Shown: positions 53,801 to 64,000 of the stretch, in pieces | How the letters are laid out: each line of letters begins with the position of its first letter | How positions within the stretch are numbered: the stretch's first letter is position 1 | DNA from: Octopus sinensis | Lineage: Eukaryota | Direction: 5' to 3' | Assembly (NCBI RefSeq): GCF_006345805.1 | Contig: NC_042997.1 | Coordinates: 151,652,001-151,716,000 of the forward strand | DNA: 64,000 nucleotides | Program-made: the position numbers and the translations under genes | Notes under the pieces: generated by a model | What the model was told of the DNA's origin: nothing | Database searches by the model: none | What the model saw: the letters and a program-made list of their open reading frames with translations, nothing else

Positions 53801-56593
53801 ACACTGCGATAGGAACGTTCGGCAGTATACTTTCTATACCCTTAACCATTCCTTATCACAAAGATCTTTACTCTGCATGTCACTCGAAATTTGTTCCTAC
53901 TCGCTTCACCTGATAAGGAAATTAAGTGTCCCTAAATTTCTATATCCACATTAAATGAAAGATGAGAATAGTTGGGTAAATTGATACAGTTAATGTTTAT
54001 GTTCAGCTTTCCAATGTCAATTATTTGAAAGGAAATAGAAAGAGGCATTTTTGGTGGAAGAGGAATGAGTGTGTGTGCTTTGTATGGATCTGTGTTATGA
54101 AGCAGAGAAATGTTGGGAATTTAAAGAAAGCTGAGATGTGTACACTTAGTTGGAATTACTATTTAATTATGCATTTTTAAGGGAAAATACTGTTGTATCA
54201 GCGAATAAAGTATAGATATAAGTATGTATTATCATATGGTATCTAAATAACCAGCAGTTCTATGACACTTTCCTTTCTATATTTTTTAAATATCTCTCAG
54301 TGAAGTTTTCTCACTTGCTAACCCCCTCTCCATCTCTCTCTTACTTTAATTTTGATGTTTTATTTTTTTCTTTATAAATTTGTCAGAGGATGTAGCCAGT
54401 GCCTATTCTATAAACAGATAATCCCAGACTAATATTATTGATGCGGTTGATGTTCAGTTTGCAAATATATAGAAGCAGAAAAAATAGAAGCAAATGACAC
54501 TGTCGACATTCCATTTTTGGGGGGAATGAAGTTGAAAAACATATGTTTTAATCTAATCGAAGACACACTTCGAAGGATAGCACAAAAAAGACTGGTTAGA
54601 CTGGTAGAGGAGGAGGTCACGGAGCTCGATTTTTCAAATCACAGACTGTAGTAGTAACACTACAAGGGACAGAGATAAGAACAGTGCGCCAGTGATCCAA
54701 TCAGTCAGTGAACATGTTGCTAAGTGAGTATTTTGTTATCTGTCGAATGGCAGACACGGTCGGATGCGTTCTTGGATATAGTCAGAGATATTCGGTAAGC
54801 GTATACAAACAACAGCAGATTAAATACAAAAGTAGTAATCCAATGACGATCATATTTCAAATTTCTACAGAGTAATCAGTTGATTAAAGCTAAAACATTT
54901 TCTGGTCCTAGAAACTGGGATTAAGTTTCGGTGTTGTTTTAGACACACACACACACAGAGACACAGGTTGACAAGCAAAAGCGTCACAGGTTGTTAAATT
55001 TAACATGTGAAGGGAATATGGGGCATTTTAATGCCTTATTCGTTTGTGTGGGAAGTTAGATTACATTAATGAGTATAGTGATTATATGTTCATGTTGACG
55101 CCGGAGTTAAGGTGCGTGGCTCTGTAATTAAAATGTTGTGTTCACTATAATTATGCCGTAGGTTCAGTTCTTCATTGAGGACCAGAATTGTATCTATGAT
55201 CTTGGGGCATTTCATTTCGCGTTTCACTCAACTTGAAAGGAGTACCAGCTGAATGTCACCGCGGCTCCCCTCTCTCCATCTCTCTCTATCATCCACCCCT
55301 TTCTCTTTCTCTCTCTATCACCTACCTACCCCTTTCTCTTTCCTTCCCTCTCTCTCTCTCCCACCCTCTATCTCTCTATATTACCCACCCACCTCTTTCG
55401 CTTTCTCTTTCTCTCCCTATTACCCATCCATCCCTTTGTCTTTCTCTCCCTCAATCACCACCCATCCTTTCGCATCCTTTCGCTTTCTCTCCATTTCTCC
55501 CATCTCTCTCACACACATCTCTCACTCACTCCTGAATGTGCGGCAGAGTCAGAGGAGAGGAAGAGTAGAGAGAGGGTATTCATCTATGCTACACACTACC
55601 TAAGCCACCAAAGCAACAAGCGAAAGTTTGTTTCATGTTGCCAAGCGCCTATACACAAGTGGATGACGCCTGACTCTTTAGTGCTGAAGGAGACTATGTT
55701 CTCATTACAGGATGGAAGGATGAGAAATGGACATTAGATTTTGGAAATAGTACATGTCTGTCTAAATTCAGCTGGCGTGTTCATAACGCTTGTGTACGGA
55801 AGAAATTGTCCTGGTTTAACTTACATAGATCTATTCTCTAGCTATTTACTTCTATGTTGGCAGTAAAATTGAGAGACAGTTATTATATACAATTGAAGTA
55901 GTAATTATTTCATTCACATGTTGATATTGTTGTAAATATATACATATCACGACATTCTATTTAAATGCTTGAACACGAAAACATACACTCACATGTGCAG
56001 AGAAATATATATGTGCATATATACGCATATACAGGTATGCACGGACACACACACATTACACACACAGAAAACATGTATGCATGTATGTTTGGATGGATGG
56101 ATGGATGGATGGATGGATGGATGGATGGATGGATGGACGGATGCATGTATGCATGCATGCATGTATACAGAGCGTGATGGGTAAATAGTCGCCATTTTAT
56201 ATTTTTAATTTCATGCTTGCTCATTGTTTGTTTTTGATTTTGTCGACGGCACAATATAGTAGGATCAGTTAGGCACCGACTGTGAGAAAAACAGCACCAT
56301 GACGCAATTCACTCTGCCAGAAATTTGGAAAACACACGCTGTACTGCTTAGCATTATTGTTATTTTCACTTTTGCGGAAATTAGACGACAGTTTATTCAC
56401 TGCACACTGTATATGTGTGACTATCAGTCCGTCTGCATGTGTGCGTGCATGTGTGTATGTTTGTGTGTGTGTATGCGTGTGTGTGTGTTTATGTGTGTGT
56501 ATACACATATATATATATATATATATACGCATGTGTACATATGTATATAAATACACATACACATTTATATGTATGCATACATACACATGTGTG

Positions 56594-57847
56594 CATAAAT
56601 AATGCGTTTTTTTTATACTTCTCTTATTTTCCAAAATTAAGATAAAGTTCTTTTTTAATCTAAAATATACTCTCCTTCATTTTCTACAATGCCCTTCCAT
56701 CTATCTGTTAGACTTGCAAGGCCCCTCTTCCAAAATTCACTTGTCCGTGACGAAAAATATTATTCCAGTACTGTTCTGACCTCATCTATAAAATTCATAT
56801 TTTTTCCATTCAAATGTTTTTGAAGAATGCGAAATAGATAGTAATCAGATGGAGCAATGTCTGGCGAATATTGTGGGTGGGGCATGGTTTTCCATTCAAA
56901 CTGCTCCAAACGTTCGAATGTCATGCTCGCTGTATGTGGCGGAACATTATCCTGATGGAAGAACACCTTTCGTCTTGAAACCAAAGATGGTTGATTCTCT
57001 TCTAGGGCTGTCTTAAGCCGCTCAAGCTGCTCGCAATAAATCTCTTTTGTTATCATTTTGTTTGAGTTTAAAAGTTTAAAGTGAATTAAACCTTTCATAT
57101 CCTACCAAACAGATAACAACATGTTATGTAGGTGAAGACCTTCTTTAGCCAAGGGTACCGGTGTTTCTCCTTTCCCTACCCACTGACTGCGGCGCTTGAC
57201 ATCTTTATAGAGTACCCATTTCTCATTGCCAGTCACTATTCAGTTCAAAAGTAGTTTATTCTTGAGACTTGACAGCAAAGAAGAGCACACATTCACACTC
57301 AAATTTGTGAGGAACTCATTGATCTAAATTGCTGACTTTGCTGATGGCACGCAGGTGTCGATGAATGGTTGAATGACCAAATCCGAGCTTCTCTGTTAGT
57401 AGCTCAACAGCTATAATACGACTTTGCTCCACCAGGGTTTGCAGGACGTCCTTGTCGAGCTTCACTGATCTTCAAGGATGAGGCTCGTCTTCTAGGTTGT
57501 AGTTTCTGGCTCGAAATTTCTTGAACCACCATTGACACTGGCTTACGCTTATTGTCCGATCTTCATATACTGCATTGATATTCCTGGCACCTTGCGTTGC
57601 GTCGTTGCCTTTATTGAATTCATGAAGCAAAATATGGCGAATATGCTCCTTTGTCACTTCCATTATAGCTTTGAAACAGTAACTTAAAATCGAACTGCAC
57701 TCTTCAAAACATGTACTAAGAATAAGTTCAAGGTAAAATCACCACCTTCTTTTATAGCAAATTGGTGCAGGTAGTTTATCCTACCCACCCTCCGGCTTTT
57801 AGTTCATGCAACTGAAAAGACTGCACTATTTGTGGGAAGACCCAATA
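56594..57847 (-). mobile_element. Mariner (DD34D) element, near full length, defective transposase
   Basis: HTH MEVTKEHIRHILLHEF..QWWFKKF; VTGNEKWVLY; HQDNVPPH-34aa-SPDIAPSDYYLF; TIR tattgggtcttcccacaaatagtgc with TA at 57846-57847; other TIR eroded. Confidence 0.9.
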
Positions 57848-57932
57848 TACAAATATATACTTATACGTGATCAGTTATATAAACACACACACACATATAT
57901 ATGTTTGTAAATATATATAAGTATATATATAT

Positions 57933-57978
<46 letters not shown>

Positions 57979-57994
57979 GCACTCTCCCATATAC

Positions 57995-58080
<86 letters not shown>

Positions 58081-58399
58081 ATTAGTAATGTCAGGAAAAC
58101 AAATGGGAAGGAACGGCAAATATCACCCTTATATATTTCAACTGAGAAATATTGCTTTCATATAGTCTGAGTGTTAGTATGTCACCATAAATTACTGACT
58201 AGGGAAAAGAATGCATTTCAGAGGGAATAATTCATACCCTAATGCATTGAATGTCGATCAATATAGACAAGAAGAAAATATCATCACTGATCACATTTAT
58301 TCATATGGCATATGTGCGAACACATTTATACATGTGCATAGATATCAAATATATATATATATACAAACATCTACATTCAAACATATGCATATGTATGTG

Positions 58400-58461
<62 letters not shown>

Positions 58462-58926
58462 TGTGTGTGTGTGTGTGTAAATATTAATATATGTATAGCT
58501 GGGCCACCAAAATTCCAGTTAGAACAGCGGTGGTTGTGTGATTGTCTTGTTCAAAAACGGCTATGAGTGGCATCCCTTTGAGTTAATATATATAGATAAA
58601 AGTAGCGTGGAAAGACAAACAATTAGGCAACGCAGGGCAAGGACATTTAATTTGATTTAATTCAATCTAAATGTAGCAAAATAATGTATGTTAAAAATAG
58701 TACAAAATTTTTACCATTTTCTACAATTTTTACTATTCTTTATGTAGCTAAACTTTAGATTGAATTACAAATGCACACAAACACACACACGGACGCACAC
58801 ATACAAAAACACACACAAACATACACACACAATCACACACATATTCTTTTATTCTTTTACTTGTTTCAGTCATTTGACTGCGGCCATGCTGGAGCTCCAT
58901 CATTAGTCGAACGAATGGACTCTAGG

Positions 58927-59385
58927 ACATAAATACATATGCACGTATGCACGCGGCCAGTTAAATCACCCGCCGAATCATCCCATAAGTACGATACGGT
59001 TAAAATAAACACCGCAGTGAATATAATACCGAATTATATAAATTTATATATGAGGATAATATCGATATTTAAGTATCCATATTATCAAGTGGCCAGCATG
59101 GGAAAAATACCGTACAAAGGTAATAATTTTAGACACCCTCATTTTAGACACCCTCTTAGACACCCTCATTTTTAATTGTTAAAAATTATTACCTTTGTAC
59201 GGTATTTTTCCCATGCTGGCCACTTGATAATATGGATACTTAAATATCGATATTATCCTCATATATAAATTTATATAATTCGTTATTATATTCACTGCGG
59301 TGTTTATTTTAACCGTATCGTACTTATGGGATGATTCGGCGGGTGATTTAACTGGCCGCGTGCATACGTGCATATGTATTTATGT
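58927..59385. repeat. Near-perfect palindrome, 204-bp arms, 51-bp spacer
   Basis: 58927-59130 vs 59182-59385 with one mismatch; partial third copy at ~59633-59745. Confidence 0.95.
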
Positions 59386-59736
59386 ATGGACGTTCGTATA
59401 TGTAAGTATATCGTTTGTTCTGCATATATATATCTGTATTTATGTACTCTGATATATTCAACCGATGACGGTAAAGCTTATTTAAATCAAAACCAGAAAT
59501 CCTGGATCTTGAATTATTCAATAATTTTTGCTTATATATTTTGTCCCTCTGTCTTATCTCATGGTGCGATACGAACACTTAACGTGTTTTTTATAGTCAG
59601 AGTTTCGACTGCTATTTCGGCATGTTGGTGTCTCTTAGACACCCTCATTTTTAATTGTTAAAAATTATTACCTTTGTACGGTATTTTTCCCATGCTGGCC
59701 ACTTGATAATATGGATACTTAAATATCGATATTATC

Positions 59737-59775
<39 letters not shown>

Positions 59776-59782
<7 letters not shown>

Positions 59783-59978
59783 GTTAATCCAAACATGAAA
59801 ACACGACAACGCGAGGACGTGGAACAAATATAGTATTATTGGACGCTCAGGAAGGAAGGGAAGAAGGAGGGTTTTACGTTTCGAGCGGAGTTCTTCGGCA
59901 GTAACATAGGAAAAGGAAAGATCCAGAGAAGGGAAGACGGGGGAAAAATCGCCAACGGTACACACGCGGTCACATTTT
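59776..59978 (-). mobile_element. Penelope pLTR-like short repeat, degenerate hammerhead at 59871-59905
   Basis: Minus: gtta-ctgccga-agaactccgctc-gaaacgta-aaac; abuts (TA)n. Confidence 0.6.
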
Positions 59979-59981
59979 ATG

Positions 59982-60140
59982 CGACGGGCTTCTTTCAGTT
60001 TCCGCCAACCAAATCCACTCACAAGGATTTGGTCGTCCCGCGGTTATAGTAGAAAACACTTGCCCAAGGTGCCATGCAGTGGAACTGAACCAGGAACCAT
60101 GTGGCTGGTAAGCAAGCTACGTACCACACAGCTCCTCCTA
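59982..60140 (-). mobile_element. CORE-type SINE head
   Basis: Homologous to 28137-28299. Confidence 0.7.
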
Positions 60141-60937
60141 TGTATATATATATATATGTGTGTGTATATGTAGGTACTGTTATACATGAATATACATATG
60201 GTACTCTGTCTGTAACGACGACGAATGTTTCCAGTTGATCCGATCAACGGACAGCTTGCTCGTGAAATTAATGTGGATGTGGCTGAGCACTCCACAAACA
60301 CGTGAACCTTTAACGTAGTCTTCAAGGAGATTCAGGCTGACACAGTGTGTGACAAGGCTGGTCCTTTGAAATGCAGGTACTACTAATTTTTGTCAGCTGA
60401 GTATAATATATGTATGTAATATTTTTGTTAGTTATTAAAGTGTGTAAATTATGAAAAGATTAGTGCTAAAGTGAAATTTCAGCTGTTTTAAACATATGTC
60501 CACATAAATATATCAAAATGTTCATATCAGTTAATCAAATTTATGAAAAAAATGTTTGATACAAAACAAAAGAAAAATCTATGGACTAAATATCACTAAA
60601 TTGCTGACTGATACAGTCAGTACAACATTAAGTTCACTTTATTTCTCAGCATTTGCTTTTGATATTTTCTTTTTCTTTTCAATTCTTAACTGGTATCTTG
60701 TTCGTTGAAGTATAACCTTACTTCCATTCGTCTCTCTCATTCTTATCGTTCGCATTCAGTCAAAACCACTTGTCAGACACTAACCAAATAACCAAGATCT
60801 TTTACACAAGGACTTTGCCTTGAACTATTTAGTATTATACGGCACACACATGCGCTCACGCTCACACACGTAAACTATACATATATTCTTTATGCGTCTA
60901 TATATGTATAGCTTTATATACACGTATGATTGAATAT

Positions 60938-60983
<46 letters not shown>

Positions 60984-61789
60984 GTATGTATACATGTGTC
61001 CTATTTTGGTGTGTTTACGTTCCCGTAGCCTAGCGGTTCAGCAAAACAGACCGATAGAATAAGTTCTGGGGTCGATTTGTTCGACTAAAGGCAGTGCTGC
61101 TGCATGGCTGCAGTCAAATTACTGAAACAAAAGAATAAATATATATATATATATATATATATAACCATGTGTGTATGCATATGTGTGCATATGTATATGT
61201 ATATATACATGTGTGTGTGAGTGTGTCTATGTGTATAAATCTTTGGATATATCGGATATCACAATCAATTCAATATTTGTATATTGTACCATTGAATTAT
61301 TATTACTTATGTATTAGAAACCTGTGTTGGATTTTTATCTGGTGCAATTCAGAATAAATTTAGCTTTGATTGAATAGACACCAGTTGATCGATTAAGTTA
61401 GCCAAGTTTGGATAGCTGCAGAGTAATTACAAAGTGCCTGCCTTATGATTTTATATTGTATTATATTATACACACACGCGCGCGCATACAATGAAGGAAT
61501 TCCAACCGCGTTTCTGGTTTGTTACCTCAACAGTATCTTTATAGGACCCAATGGCTAAAGACATCATCAGGAGGAACCACGTCCGGTTTCGGCCCCTATA
61601 TCTCTACCGTTTCGACGTGGCGGGGCCCTCCACCTTTCGGAGGTGTCTTCAGCTCTGGTGTTGAGTGCATTTCTTCTTTGTCCTTCTTTCTTCCTTCTTT
61701 CTGCGGGTGACTGACCATCCTGTCAAATTTCCCTTTAAATACTCGCTACTCCAACAGCCAGCACCAGCTAGCTGTCACGTGACGCTGTC

Positions 61790-62760
61790 TAAACATCAAC
61801 TGAAGGTTTAGAGATTATTTTTTCGTACCTCTTCTCCTTCCGTTGTTCTGCATTGCCGATGTTCTCTTCCCATGGCACTGTCAGCTCTAGCAAAATTTCA
61901 ATTCTCTGTTCTATGTTCCATAGGATTAAGTCTGGTCTTTTTGTCGTTTTTATGAATGGAAATACTGTCTTTCCAAATCCGTGGCCAGCTCCCAATATCC
62001 CTTCTCTAAAACTGCCTTCCAATAGTGTCGTGTTAGTTTCAGTTCCAGCAGTCAGAGCCGACCAGCTTTTTGGTGGTACAAGCTTTTGAACCAGGAGGAG
62101 GGCGCGCTATGACCGAGACCGCTACCTGCCAATCAGCGATGCTGCTTAAGTGTCAGCAAGTCTCACCTAGTGATGCTATTTCCCAGCCAGTATGTAATGG
62201 CTTTCAAGCCACTTTCGGTCTTCTCGCGTCAGCCACATATAGAAGCTCGCTTTTTCGACTGCCTCCTGTATCCTCCCTATTACTTTCTCAGCTCTGAGCT
62301 CGAAACTGCCAACCTTCTTTTGAATACGTTATCATTTTCTTTTCAATGAAGCCACTAGCGCCCACTGCCAGGTGTTAATACTCGACAGTCCATCCCTATT
62401 CTCTGCACTCTTCGATTATTTTTTCGTACCTCTTCTCCTTCCGTTGCTCTGCATTGCCGATGTTTTCTTCCCATGGCACTGTCAGCTCTAGCAAAATTTC
62501 AATTCTCTGTTCTATGTTCCATAGGATTAAGTCCAGTCTTTTCGTCGTTTTTATAAATGGAAATACTGTCAGTCTTTCCAAATCCGTGGCCAGCTCCCAA
62601 TATCCCTTCAATCTTTCGTCTGTCTCGTATATTTTATTTGAAGGCCTGGCCTTGTGTCCTTTTCCCTCCTATTGCGCTTTTCCACTTGTTCATTGTTCTC
62701 GGTTTTGTTTATTTTTTGGGCTATTAGTCAAGTATATAGGCATTGATGTAGCGGATATCT
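61790..62760 (-). mobile_element. R2-superfamily (HERO-like) non-LTR retrotransposon 3' fragments with restriction-like endonuclease, two tandem pieces
   Basis: RPDLILW..ILLELTVPWEENI..RKEKRY..ECRE*GW..VGASGF..EAVEKASFYMWL (PD..D/ExK RLE); 61813-62004 is ~95% identical to 62414-62609 by eye. Confidence 0.75.
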
Positions 62761-63042
62761 TATATTTTGTCTTTCGGAGAACCTAGTTCACAAAGACTAA
62801 CCAGATTTATGATAACAAACATATTGTGGAAAGTCCGAAACGTGAGTCCTAGGTTATCCATTTTCTCTGGCGTTCTTCTGGAGGCAAGACAAAATTTTTG
62901 TAAATTCGCCGCCCGCACACGTCTTTGCCTTTGACATTCAATGAAGATTTATAATAGCATCGTCCGATTATCTACTATTATTTCCAGCATTGTTGGGGCA
63001 CTATTATTGTGCCACTATTTCCTATATATACATATATATATA

Positions 63043-64000
63043 CAGTTGCGGCCAAAATGTTCAGAACGGCATTGTTTTCGTCAGAAAAGTAGGTATAAGT
63101 TTTTATTAAAGTTGTTTTATATTCTATAATTTTCACACACAATAAATACAATATTAATTATTATTGTCTGAGAGGATAATACAAAAGTTATGGATGATTT
63201 AGTGATTTACTTTAAAACCCATGGCAGCCAAAAGTATCAGAACGGTTGAAAAAAATAACAAAATAATCAAAAATGACAGAGAATACTCGAATTGTTTAAT
63301 ATCTAGTGTGAAGCCCTTTAGCTTCAATCACACTTTGACATCTTCGACTGCATGAGGAAATTAAATTTTCAATTTCTTGCTGGGTGATCTTATTCCATTT
63401 TTCCCGCAGGGCATTCCATAATTGCTCGGTTGTTTTAGGATTTCTGGCTTTCGAACGTTCTCCTAGAATATTCCACACATTTTCAATAGGATTGAGATTT
63501 GGGTTTTGAGCAGGCCAATCCATAACAATAATCTTTTCAGCCTTGAGAAAGTTCATGACCACCTTAGCCTTGTGACATGGGGCATTGTCGTGCACGAATA
63601 TGGGCGGTCACTTAGTTGAATTTCTCAGCACAGGCAAGACATGATCTTTTACAAGTTGTTTATAAACACCTGCATTTACCTTTCCATGTAATCGCACCAA
63701 AGGGCCCACACCATCTCCAGATATCATCCCCCAAACCATGACACTTCCTCCACCAAATTTAACACTAGTCTTAAGGCATTTAGGCGACAATTTTTCACCT
63801 ACTTTTCGACGAACGAACCTTTTCCCATCTGTGAGCCAAATAACAAACTTAGATTCATCACGAAAATGCACCTTTTGCCATTTTTCTTGAGACCACAACA
63901 CATGTTCGGTTGCAAAGGTAAGACGACACTTTTTATTCTTGGAGCTGATCAGTTGCTTCACTGCAGGTGCTCTTGCTTGTAGGTCATATTCAACTAAACA
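63043..64000 (-). mobile_element. Tc1 (DD34E) element of IR/DR type, 5' part beyond window
   Basis: FRDESKF, HDNAPCH-34aa-NPIENVW; single in-frame TGA at 63608-63610; TIR cagttgcggccaaaatgttcagaacgg after TA, inner DR ggcagccaaaagtatcagaacgg at 63223-63245. Confidence 0.9.

Noticed and set aside
54455-54650. Open frame CKYIEAEK...DFSNHRL after a possible acceptor
   Set aside because: No recognisable homology and no linked exons.
61555-61625. GAAAC...CTGATGA on minus as a type II hammerhead
   Set aside because: No room for a stem I hairpin and no stem II pairing.

Overview
This is eukaryotic, AT-rich, repeat-saturated, essentially non-coding DNA. The SINE families and microsatellite load suggest a coleoid cephalopod, probably Octopus (inference). 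I found no confidently identifiable host gene, and most of the ORF track is microsatellite translation noise. Recognisable content: tRNA-derived SINEs (CORE-type and Meta-domain-type), decayed Penelope, CR1, RTE and R2/HERO-like retroelements, mariner (DD34D), Tc1 (DD34E, IR/DR), hAT relics and MITEs. The standout is 21312-25994, a 4.7-kb non-autonomous DNA transposon with ~170-bp GGTAA-ended TIRs and an exact 8-bp TSD (Merlin-like) that splits a CR1 RT relic. It carries a head-to-head array of ~475-bp tandem units. Five identical, complete type I hammerhead ribozyme motifs lie in the array (2 on the minus strand, 3 on the plus strand), giving a retrozyme-like, putative circRNA-generating array boxed inside a DNA transposon. 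Further hammerhead motifs (one canonical, several decayed) occur in Penelope-type short repeats at (TA)n tracts, and there are several long palindromes.
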